A stretch of DNA of 64,000 bases from Octopus vulgaris (lineage: Eukaryota). The stretch covers positions 8,804,001 to 8,868,000 of the forward strand of contig OX597824.1 in assembly GCA_951406725.2 (NCBI GenBank), given 5' to 3'. The notes under the pieces were generated by a model, which was given only the letters and a program-made list of their open reading frames with translations, was not told where the DNA came from and did not search any database. How positions within the stretch are numbered: position 1 is the stretch's first letter; each line of letters begins with the position of its first letter. Shown here piece by piece: positions 25,509 to 36,844 of this stretch. The position numbers and the translations under genes were made by a program.

Positions 25509-25693
25509 CATCATAGATCGTTAGCTACTACACACATTTTTTTCTCTCCTTGTTTTTTCTGTGTCCCTTTCTGTAGAAGAGCGTAGGCTCGAAACATAAA
25601 AGACTTTTTCTATTCCTGAGCGCTATACTAATATATCTGTTTGTTTTTTACATCACCTGTCTTCGTCTTTTGTTTCTGTCGTAAACTCTCCCT
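25506..25693 (+). mobile_element. family D1 short element with hammerhead-like motif
   Basis: Homologous to 25969-26157 and 30694-30862. 3' end CTCTCCC abuts (TA)n. Confidence 0.8.
25567..25602 (+). ncRNA. minimal type I hammerhead-like motif, variant core CUGUAGA
   Basis: CTTT-CTGTAGA-A-GAGC-GTAG-GCTC-GAAA-CA-TA-AAAG: helix I CTTT/AAAG, helix II GAGC/GCTC, GAAA core, UA site. Confidence 0.55.
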
Positions 25694-25730
25694 ATATATA
25701 TATGTATGTATATGTGTGTGTGTGTGTGTG

Positions 25731-25930
25731 ACCGCGTGTGTATCGTTGGCGATTTTCTTTCTCCGTCTTCCCTTCCTTAGACCTTTCCTTTTCCTATCTT
25801 TCTGACGAAGAGCTCCGCTCGAAATGTTAAATCCTCCTTCTTTCTTTCCTTTCCTGAGCGTCCAATAACACAATACTTGTTCCAGGTCCTCGCGTTGTTG
25901 CGTTTTCTCTTTGTGTTTTCATGTTTGGAT

Positions 25931-25935
<5 letters not shown>
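25731..25935 (+). mobile_element. family D2 short element with hammerhead motif
   Basis: Homologous to the 20044 and 21197 copies. 3' end GGATTAAC abuts (TA)n. Confidence 0.8.
25799..25831 (+). ncRNA. minimal type I hammerhead ribozyme motif (Penelope/retrozyme type)
   Basis: TTT-CTGACGA-A-GAGC-TCC-GCTC-GAAA-TG-TT-AAA has intact CUGANGA and GAAA cores. Sibling copies restore helix I GTTT/AAAC and palindromic helix III ACGT. Confidence 0.7.
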
Positions 25936-25968
<33 letters not shown>

Positions 25969-25969
<1 letters not shown>

Positions 25970-26157
25970 GCCATGATAGGACGTTAGCCACTACACACTT
26001 TTTTCTTTCCTTGGTTTTTTTTCTGTGTCCCTTTCTGTAGAAGAGCGTAGGCTCGAAACCTAGAAGACATTCTATTCTTGAGCGTTATACTAATACATCT
26101 GCTTGTTTTGAACACCACCTGTCTTAGTCTCTTGTTTTTTTTTCGTAAACTCTTCTT
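25969..26157 (+). mobile_element. family D1 element, second copy (hammerhead-like motif 26031-26066)
   Basis: CTTT-CTGTAGA-A-GAGC-GTAG-GCTC-GAAA-CC-TA-GAAG. Flanked by TA repeats. Confidence 0.8.
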
Positions 26158-26514
26158 ATATATATACAGATACATAAATAAAACGGGACAGTATGTATGC
26201 GCAAGTGTAAGAGAGAGTATTCGTGTATATAAGAGGTGCGTTTGACGTTCTTCGTGTGAGTTAACAAGATTTGAAACTGCACTTGTATAGAAAAAAAAAC
26301 AAAATAAGGCAAAACAAAACAAGGAAAACATCATTGGTATTTACATGAACTCAATCGCTCTCCCTTTCGTACATTTCAGCAGAAATACAATTAAACAACT
26401 TCACTACAAAATGTGAATAATTGCACCATTTCGTCTGAAGAATTTAAGAGGAGCAATGAAAAACGAAATTCACTCATCAAATTCGCAAGTAAAGAGAAGA
26501 GGACTGTTTTAGTG

Positions 26515-26786
<272 letters not shown>

Positions 26787-27379
26787 AGAGGAAGCAGCAG
26801 TTAAAAGAATTTTCATTTGTAATTGAAAGGTATGAAGTTTCATAGATTTTTAGATTCCGTTTCAGCAATTTCGAAGAAGAAGTATATATGTGTGAGATCA
26901 AAGAATAATTGCTTGCCTCATAAACGTTTGGGATCATAAATACACTGAATAGATGAGGCCATTCAGTGATCATCAGTATAAAGCAACATTTAAAAAGATA
27001 AAATATAAAATTTAAAAGTATATTATTTGATTCCACACACGAGTCCACAGCAAGTGTCTTGCAAAGCAAATACAGAAAGGATGTAAAACTGTATCGGTAA
27101 ATGAAGAAATGAAGACGATCCGATGAAGTAAAAAGAAAAAAATGTCACGTACTTCAAACTACAGAAAACATAAGCACTGATTGCACTAGGAAAATTATTC
27201 CTGATAAAAATAATAGAATTCAAGACTTCGTAGCAAATTTTTCTCACGAAAGCTTGAAGCATATATCAAGGGTAAAGACAAACGTATACAAGTATTGACC
27301 GCAGTATCGTACAGAAAGGCAAACATCTACAACTGTAGGGAAGTTGGCAATCGTTATATACATACATACATACATACAT

Positions 27380-27451
<72 letters not shown>

Positions 27452-27462
<11 letters not shown>

Positions 27463-27655
27463 GACTCCCTTTGGTCATGAATGACCATGGGATTGTACCA
27501 AGAAAGTTACCTTCTGAGTCACAAGTCTGGGCAAGGTTGTTTATGGAAGACCAGCAGTCGCCCATGCATACTGGCCTCCCCTCTCCACGCCACCAGTGTT
27601 ATCCAAGGGAAAGGTAAAGGCCGATACAGCTTGGCACCAGTGACGTCGCAGCTCA
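27452..27655 (-). mobile_element. RTE-related non-autonomous retroposon segment with (AAC)n tail
   Basis: Minus strand GCGACGTCACTGGTGCCAAGCTGTATCGGCC...GCATGGGCGACTGCTGGTCTTCCATA...CCCATGGTCATTCATGACC ends in ACAACAACA. Resembles RTE UTR-derived SINE modules (recognised from memory, not searched). Confidence 0.5.
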
Positions 27656-27830
27656 ATGGCTGAGCACTCCACAGACACGTGTACACTTAACGTAGTTATC
27701 GGGGAAATTCAGCGTGACACAGAGAGTGACAATGCTGGCCCTTTGAAATATTGGTACAACAGAAACAGGAAGAAAGAGTGAGAGAACGTTGTGGTGAAAG
27801 CGTACAGCAGGGTTTGCCACAACCTCCTGT
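27656..27830 (-). mobile_element. SINE family C internal fragment (tail type 2)
   Basis: Matches 35294-35465. Confidence 0.85.
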
Positions 27831-27832
27831 TG

Positions 27833-28024
27833 AGCGAAATGCTTAGCGGCATTTCCTCCGTCTTTACGTTCTGAGATCAAATTCTGCTGAGGTCGACTTT
27901 GGTTTTCATTCTTTCGAATTTGATAAACTAAATACCAGTGAAACACTGGGGTCGATGTAATTGACTTCTCCCCTCCACACCCCGCAAAATTTCAGACCTT
28001 GTGTCTATAGTAGAAAAGATTATT
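27833..28024 (+). mobile_element. SINE family A, tail A2
   Basis: GCGAAATGCTTAGCGGCATTTC...AAATTTCAGACCTTGTGTCTATAGTAGAAAAG. Confidence 0.8.
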
Positions 28025-28161
28025 TATAATTTTATATTATACTCCAAGAACCAATTTCAGAGAAGAATTATTCCACGTGATCGAAAATTGATATAAATTC
28101 TTATAGCGTCAACAATATATGTATGTTTGTATATGCGCGTGTGCGCGTGTATATAAATAAG

Positions 28162-28224
<63 letters not shown>

Positions 28225-28942
28225 CGTTATTATTATGCAAAAGTGTCGTACGTCCAATGCGTTGCTTTTTCAGAAAGCGAAAAAAGTTTCACCATTCCGT
28301 TTCTTTTTACATTAACAAAAGCTTCAGCTTAACAGCAATACTCTGTTGGGTGCATAGAATCGTAACTCCATCCATGTATGATATTTTCAGTGAGAAATAT
28401 TTTTGCGAAGCTGCCGTATTTGGGACTTACTACATTTTTAAAAAAATGCTTAACCGTTGTACTACGTTTTGACAATTTTCATATCTTGGCATCAGAAGCA
28501 ACTGGAGATATGATTGTTTGACCAAAAGAACCGGCTATTGCAAGCATAATTAAATATTAAAAAGAAACACATTCGGCAAAATTTGGGCAGACGACCGTTT
28601 AACATAATAGCAATGATATGTATGCAAGTACGTATGTTTGAATGTGTAAGCGTATGAGTGCGCATATATTTATTAGCAACATATTCAAAAGGAATTATAC
28701 ATCTACGCATATTTGTTTTTGCCAGTATTTGGAGACGTGTATCCATTATACATATCTGGTTTAATGATCAATCTTGTAAGCACATCAACTTTAAATATAA
28801 ACACTGGCGTCCGTCCACATAATATAGATTTGCAGAAAACACACACACGCACACACACACACATATACTGAATGAAAGATTGTGTGTGTGTGTATGTGTG
28901 TTTGTGTGTGAATGTGTGTGTGTATGTGTGTTTGTGTGTGAA

Positions 28943-28974
<32 letters not shown>

Positions 28975-29646
28975 GTGGAAAAGAATTTCGTTGAAGAGGT
29001 TTTCCTCAGTTGGTGAGTTCTAGTGAAGAAATATATAATGAAAGAAGGGACATTTATGTTTTAAGTATATTTTAAAGGACAGAATATTACCGGTTTCGCT
29101 TTTCGTTAATCATGACAATGATATCAAAGAAAATATTTCAGTTTCTTATTTTCTAAATTTTACTCACTGTCGTTCTCTTTTGAATGCCGCAGGGGGCATT
29201 AAAACGAACAGATGCGCACGGTATAGTGGATATACTCTGAAAAAAAAAACAACAACAAAAAAACAAACAAACAAACTCTTATATGCACTAAGCTCAGCTG
29301 CTGATCCTGAGTGTTTGGCACTAAAGGTGAAATTAAATGATACTACGATGACTGTACGTCTGTATGTGTTTTTGCAAAGGTGAGGGCTTTTTTCCTTACA
29401 TTTGCTACATTAAGCGTACGCATTTTGCTTATAGTGAGAAATACGTGGCTTGCTTTGGAGTGTCGAGTCTTCTTTGTAGCATAGCTGGTATATATTTTTA
29501 TACCCTAAATTTTCCTGTATATTTACCTATATTGGTTAATCTTGCTGGTCACTTTATTATTATTTTTAATAATATCTCATGTTCTATATACATAATATAA
29601 TATAATATAATATAATATGATATAATATAATATAATATATATAGAT

Positions 29647-29689
<43 letters not shown>

Positions 29690-29692
<3 letters not shown>

Positions 29693-29905
29693 TTCTTTAC
29701 TACCCACAAGGGGCTAAACACAGAGGGGACAAACAAGGACAAACGGATTAAGCCGATTACATCGACCTCAGTGCATAACTGGTACTTAATTTATCGACCC
29801 CGAAAGGATGAACGGCAAAGTGGACCTCGGCGGAATTTGAACTCAGAACGTAACGGCAGACCGAATACGGCTACGCACTTCGTCCGGCGTGCTAACGTTT
29901 CTGCC
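29690..29905 (-). mobile_element. SINE family A, tail A1, monomer
   Basis: Colinear with 54279-54509. TA repeats on both sides. Confidence 0.9.
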
Positions 29906-30693
29906 ATATATATATATATATCGGTACACATACACGCACGCACACACACACACACACACACACATACAGACACACACACACACCCACACCCACCCACACC
30001 CACACACACACGCACACACACACACACAGAGAAGGTGAGGGATAGAGTAAGACGTGTGTGTATGCGTTTGTGTGGGTATGTACATGTATGTGAGATGTTA
30101 GTTTATATAAATCTCTGTCAATTTATTTATTTGGTTCAGCAATTCAGGTGGGAGCAGCATTACTCCAGGGTTTACAGAAATGAGAAAGAACACATGTAAT
30201 CATTCAGATACGGACTTCTAAATGATGAGTATCAGTTCCCATGAACAGTTCCACACCATGGAATCCGAGCAACTCTGTTAATAGGAATAAATACAAATCT
30301 ATGCAAAGTGTGGCGTGCTATCTTCTTCCGTTTCTATAGCAATCCAGTTCTTCATGCATGGCTCCATCAATAAATCAAATTCATCCATTAATTCACCCAT
30401 TCATTTATCCATCTATCCGTCTACTTATCTAGTACTCACTCACTCCTGTACACACGCATTCACAAATACGCGCGCGCATATACACTTAAAAGCTAAGAGT
30501 TTCGCCAAGTGAGGGTTCTTCAAGTTGGGTTTCGATGAAACTGTTATGTTACTTTCCGTCTTCAAAAATATTTTACAGTTCTTGATGCATCCAGTAATTT
30601 ATCCAGTTACGTCCATTTATATCTATACATATGCACATCCATAATTATACAAACTACATACATACGCATATATATATATATATATATATATAT

Positions 30694-30862
30694 AGGGAGA
30701 AAAAAACAAAAGACGAAGACAGGTGGTGTACAAAACAAATAGATGTATTAGTATAGAAAAAGTTCTTTACGTTTCGAGCCTACGCTCTTCTACAAGAAGG
30801 AACACAGAAAAAAACAAGGAGAGACAAGATGTGTGTAGTGGCTAACGATCTGTCATGGCGAC
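30694..30862 (-). mobile_element. family D1 element, minus strand (hammerhead-like motif about 30762-30800)
   Basis: Reverse complement CCTTCTTGTAGAAGAGCGTAGGCTCGAAACGTAAAGAAC retains palindromic ACGT and a GUA site. 3' end CTCCC abuts (TA)n. Confidence 0.8.
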
Positions 30863-30870
30863 TGACCGCC

Positions 30871-30909
<39 letters not shown>

Positions 30910-30919
30910 TACATATAAA

Positions 30920-31147
30920 ATGATTCAGAATCAAAATGCAGAAATGACGTAGTCCGGATGAATAAGGATTCTTGGAGATTTTTTTCTCCTGCTTCCTTTT
31001 CTTTTGGACTTTCGTGTGACTTATGACTCCGAAGAAGAGCTTTGCTCGAAAAGTAAAGCAACTACTTTTTCTATCCTTCTCTGAGTGTCTTATTAATACT
31101 TTGCATGTACCACGTCTTTTCTCTGTTCTGTTTTTTTCTTAAATAAA

Positions 31148-31148
<1 letters not shown>
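30920..31148 (+). mobile_element. family D3, diverged relative of D1/D2
   Basis: CCGAAGA-A-GAGC-TTT-GCTC-GAAA-AG-TA at about 31029-31056, downstream CTGAGTG...TAATACTTTG...CCACGTC as in D2, ending at (TA)n. Confidence 0.65.
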
Positions 31149-31355
<207 letters not shown>

Positions 31356-31755
31356 CATATTCATCAGCAAATACTGTCTAAGCTTTCTCTCTAGCTGCAT
31401 GAAGGCTGTCATGTGCATATTTTATATACACTTATATACTTCGGTTCTTGTATGTATTTATCTATCTATCTTGTATGTTATCTATCTATCTATAACATAC
31501 GCACATGGAAACACAAACTTATATACTCGCACATTTACCTATACACACAATATACATACACACACTATATGCATATGCGTACATATAAATATATATATAT
31601 GTATATATATGCATATATATATATATGGATATATAACTATGTGGATATATAGTTATATAACTAGGGTTAAATAACTATCAGATACACATCTTAAGTGATG
31701 TATATATGTACGGGTGTATATGTATTAGTGTGTGTATGTGTGTATATGTATGCAC

Positions 31756-31786
<31 letters not shown>

Positions 31787-32107
31787 GAGCAGAGGTAGTG
31801 CTTGAACGAGTGAGTGAGAAAGAGAGAGATGAGAGAGAGGGAGAGAGAGAGAGAAAGGAAGAGGGAGAGAGAAAGAGAGAGAATTATATTTTAGGTATAT
31901 TTGGAGATATCTCTAATCTTTCTTGGCCAAAGTAAAGATAGTGCCGCTGCTGCTGCTGCTCCTGCTGCTACTACTGCTGCTGCTGCTGCCATATTCCATG
32001 AATAATGTTTGGCTATAAAAGATCTGACAGAGCCGGCCATATATTGACAAGATCTTCTCAGAGTAATCATTGCTTTTAAAAGAGCTGCAAAGAAGTGATA
32101 TCTCTGG

Positions 32108-32246
32108 GACGATGATGATGATGATGGTGATGATGCTGATGCTGATGATGATGATGATGATGGTGATGGTGATGGCGATGCTGACGACGATGACGAAGAT
32201 GAAATGAAGAAGTGTGGATGTTGATGATGATGATGATGATGATGAA

Positions 32247-32280
<34 letters not shown>

Positions 32281-32607
32281 GTGATGGTGATAGTGATGGT
32301 AATGACGACGACTAGGCCGATGTTGCTGCTGAAGTAATAATAATAATAATAATAATGATAATAATAATAATAATAATAATAACAACAACAACAACAACAA
32401 CAACAACAATAATAATAATAATCATTATCAGCATCATCATCATTATAATTATTGTTGTGGTTGTTGTTATTGCTTTCGTTTTTTGTTGTCGTTATCTATG
32501 TTATTGTTATCATTGGTGTTATTATCCTTTTACATTATTATTATCAGCGGCATTCATCCTCCGCCTCAACCTCTTCTTCTTCCTCCTCTTCCCTAATATA
32601 TTGGTCG

Positions 32608-32650
<43 letters not shown>

Positions 32651-32702
32651 ATTCTTCTTCTTCGTCTTCTTCTCATTATTATTATTATTATTATTGTTAT
32701 TA

Positions 32703-32772
<70 letters not shown>

Positions 32773-32898
32773 TATTATTATCATTATTGTTATTATCAGC
32801 ATTAATATATCTTGTTGCTGTCGTCAACATATATTTCTTGCCATGCTAACTAGTCAGCTTAGAAGGCAAGTCATATTTCATGTATGATTATGTTGGTG

Positions 32899-32969
<71 letters not shown>

Positions 32970-33057
32970 GTTGTTGTTGTTGTTATTTTCATTTCACTAT
33001 TTATTACAATTTATTCTTGCTTCCTTGCTCTTCTTTAAATATACATACTTACATATG

Positions 33058-33119
<62 letters not shown>

Positions 33120-33136
33120 TATATACATCTATATAC

Positions 33137-33193
<57 letters not shown>

Positions 33194-33206
33194 TATATAT
33201 ATATTC

Positions 33207-33245
<39 letters not shown>

Positions 33246-33310
33246 CATATACATATATATATTTATATATGTAGATAAATATGTGTACGTACATACACAC
33301 ATATACAAAC
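32108..33310. repeat. compound trinucleotide (GAT/TAA/CAA/CAT/TTA/CTA) tracts followed by (TA)n
   Basis: Direct reading. Confidence 0.92.
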
Positions 33311-34069
33311 ATAGAAATTCTGTTCTCTTTTTTTCCTACGTAAGCGTGTTACAAATATCTCAAACCGAATGAGATCACGTCGACTTCTTAAGACAGTAAA
33401 TATTGGTAAATGGCCTAAAACTTGAGATTAAGAAGAAATACTGTAGTTGAGAAATAAGGTATTTTATGTTTGATCGCTAAAATTTGCATCACTTATAAAT
33501 AACGTCAAGGCTTATATGTTTATGCAGAATATAGATTCGGAATCAATGTATTTGTTGAGTTTTGCTTTTGCTATTTTCGTTTCCTTTTTCGTAATGTTTC
33601 GTTGGATATTGGCAGATACACAGTGACTATGATAGGAAATAATACTGCTTATCTGATATATTATATCAGAATAGTAATTTATTATGATTAATGTATCTCT
33701 AAGAGTTTGAGCTTTCGAACAAACAACAGCCGCAAGAAGAATTTGTAAAGTTTATTTTTACATATATGTTGTTTGACTTGTACTCTTGCCTAAACATGAT
33801 AATGTGTAAGACTGTATGGATGGCGGCTGTTTGAAATTATTCATTGGACAGAAATATACCAGGTGTTAACAGAAGAAATGTCTAGCATTTGCATTAAAAT
33901 CGCATGTTTCTTCTGTAATTCTAACATTTGCCTTCGTGTCTCACAGTCACACCACACAGTTTTAGTGTTACTAAATTACTAAATTGACTCTCATAAAACC
34001 TAGGTCACCCGGTCTTACCTCGAGTCCTTGTGATTTTATTATGAGACCATGACGTATATTTATTGTATT

Positions 34070-34470
34070 TAGGCGTAGGAGTGGTTGTGTGGTAAGTAGC
34101 TTGCTTACCAACCACATGGTTTCGGGTTCAGTCCCACTGCGTGGCACCTTGGTTAAGTCTCTTATACTATAGCTTCGGGCAGACCAAAGCCTTGTGAGTG
34201 GATTTGGTAGACGGAAACTGAAAGAAGCCCGTCGTATATATGTATATATTTGTATGTGTGTATATGTTTGTGTGTCTGTGTTTGTCCCCCAAGCATCGCT
34301 TGACAACCGATGCTGGTGTGTTTATGTCCCCGTAACTTAGCGGTTCGGCAAAAGAGGCCGATAGAATAAGTACTAGGCTTCCAAAGAATAAGTCCTGGGG
34401 TCGATTTGCTCAACTAAAGGCGGTGCTCCAGCATGGCCACATTCAAATGACTGAAACAAGTAAAAGAGTA
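34070..34470 (+). mobile_element. SINE family B, full length
   Basis: TAGGCGTAGGAGTGGTTGTGTGGTAAG...ATGACTGAAACAAGTAAAAGAGTA. Confidence 0.92.
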
Positions 34471-34724
34471 TCGAAATGTATTTTATAAAATGTATTTTAT
34501 AAAACAGGAAATTATAGGCTAAGTTTCAACTAGATATAATCTTTAGGCAGAATAAAATCTCTGAACTGCTGGATATCAGGACTCCAACCTCCTAGAAATG
34601 CCAACCAAATCTTAAAAGAAGAATATGGCATTCAATAATGTAGTAATACATAAAAGTAGTCTATAGAAGGATAATTTGCGATCTATACTCTACCTGTTAT
34701 TTTTACCTAACAACTTCTCAAATA

Positions 34725-35016
34725 ATTCTTTTCTAGTCTAGGCAAAATGCCTGAAATTTTTTGGGGAGAAGGCCAGTCGATTAGATCGACCCAAGTACGC
34801 AAGTGGTACTTAATTCATCGACCCAGAAACGATGAAAGGCAAAGTCGACGTCGGCGGAATTTGGACTCAGAACGTAATGACAGACGAAATACCTATTTCT
34901 TTACTACCCACAAGGGGCTAAACATAGAGAGGACAAACAAGGACAGGCAAACGGATTAAGTCGATTGTATCGACCCCAGTGCGTAACTGGTACTTATTTT
35001 CTGCCAGCTCGCCGCT
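34725..35016 (-). mobile_element. SINE A composite: internally deleted A1 unit joined to an A2 unit
   Basis: A1 tail ends at 34894 and continues directly into GGTATTTCGTCTG of a unit carrying the A2 tail (34725-34893). Confidence 0.8.
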
Positions 35017-35204
35017 TTAACTACTAAGCTTTAACTACTTCGTGATTGTGAGCTCGACGCTTTAACTACTGAGCCATGCATCTTCAAACAGGCGTCAAAA
35101 TCTATAATTAATTGGGAAGGTTATAAACGTGATACGTGCTCAGAGAATTTTAAAATCCATTTCAAATTGCTGGTGTCGGTGGGTGTCATGTCTGAAATTG
35201 TCAA

Positions 35205-35593
35205 CACGTGGAAGCACTCCGTCGGTTACGACGATGAGGGTTCCGGTTGATCCGAATCAACGGAACAGCCTGCTCGTGAAATTAACGTGTAAGTGGCTGA
35301 ACACTCCACAGACACGTGCACCCTTAACGTAGTTCTCGGGGATGTTCAGCGTGACACAGAGAGTGACAAGGCCGGCCCCTTGAAATAGAGGTACAACAGA
35401 AACAGGAAGTAAGAGTGAGAGAAAGTTGTGGTGAAAGAGTACAGCAGGGATCACCACCATCCCCTGCCGGAGCCTCGTGGAGCTTTAGGTGTTTTCGCTC
35501 AATAAACACTCACAACGCCTGGTCTGGGAATCGAAACCGCGATCCTATGACCGCGAGTCCGCTGTCCTAACCACTGGGCAATTGCGCCTCCAC
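35205..35593 (-). mobile_element. SINE family C, full length, tail type 2
   Basis: Same head and body as 1924-2219, different 3' module ending GTCGTAACCGACGGAGTGCTTCCAC. Confidence 0.9.
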
Positions 35594-35848
35594 TGTCAAC
35601 GCGTATTTATAATACTTCATCACATTGAATGCCATTTTGTGAAAATTCTATTGTTTTTTGGAGATTTTGAAACTTGATCTCGCAATTGTTTTCTGCGTAC
35701 AGGAATAAAGTTACAACAACTCAGAAACTGTTAGATTTCTGCAATATTATGTTTTACCAGGAATGTCAATCGCAAGACATCTCTGTATGTCATACAGAAT
35801 GATAAAACTGACTCTTAGTGTCTGACGTTCAATTATTCATTGAATATC

Positions 35849-36254
35849 TATTTCTTTACTACCCACAAGGGGCTAAACACAGAGAGGACAAACAAGGTCA
35901 GGCAAACGGATTAAGTCGATGATATCGACTCCAGTGCGAAACTGGTACTGAATTTATCGACCCCGAAAGGATAAAAGACAAAGTCGACCTCGGCGGAATT
36001 TGAACTCAGAACGTAGCAACGGGCGAAATACCTATTTCTTTACTACCCACAAGGGGCTACAAACAGAGAGGACAAACAAGGACAGACAAACGGATTAAGT
36101 CGACTATATCGACCCCAGTGCGTAACTGGTACTTATTTGATCGACCCCGAAAGGATGAAAGGCAAAGTCGACCTCGTCGGAATTTGAACTCAGAATGTAG
36201 CGGCAGACGAAATACTACTAAGCATTTCGCTAACGATTCTGCCAGCTCGTCACC
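35849..36254 (-). mobile_element. SINE A1 dimer with 16-bp target site duplication
   Basis: Junction at 36032/36033. TTATTCATTGAATATC at 35833-35848 and 36255-36270. Confidence 0.92.
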
Positions 36255-36430
36255 TTATTCATTGAATATCGTTACCTCTCTAGGCTACCATGTTGAATCA
36301 CTGTTGAATTGTGCAAAACGACAAAAGAAACGAGGCTTTAATACACATTACAAACAATCAGGCTTTTTTAGTTTATATGACCTTATGGCTTTCTTTATGA
36401 CAGATTTGAACATTACTTAAAATCATTATA

Positions 36431-36594
36431 CTGTTGTGTCTGGGGAGAGTCATTTTCTTCTTGTGCTTTATAATATAACACACTCATCGGTAAAATTTCC
36501 ACTTTTTTCTTATTTTTATTTTCCTAAAATTTTACCGGTGATTGTGTTATATTATAAGGCACAAAAAGAAAATGACTCTCCCCAGACACATCAG
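36431..36594. repeat. fold-back inverted repeat, about 68 bp arms
   Basis: CTGTTGTGTCTGGGGAGAGTCATTTTCTTCTTGTGCTTTATAATATAACAC...GGTAAAATTT pairs with AAATTTTACC...GTGTTATATTATAAGGCACAAAAAGAAAATGACTCTCCCCAGACACATCAG. Confidence 0.9.
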
Positions 36595-36844
36595 AATGTG
36601 CTTCAACACACGAACTCATATAAAGAATCTTGCAAACCAAATCCAAAAACGAAATATTAAAATCATTACTTCTATCCATAATTTCTAACAAATAATGATG
36701 GATCGCAACAATTACGTGAGTTGACTAGGAAAAGCTTAGTAAAGATATCAACGTCCTATAATGGGTCCCTAGAGGTTATATGGATTTTTAGGTCCTTAGT
36801 TATATGGATGCATGTGTCCTTAGAGGATTGTATGGGTCCTTAGA

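Noticed and set aside
31891-32409. Poly-His/Ser/Ala ORF reminiscent of a transcription factor
   Set aside because: Built from trinucleotide tracts, and the short complex part has no recognisable domain.
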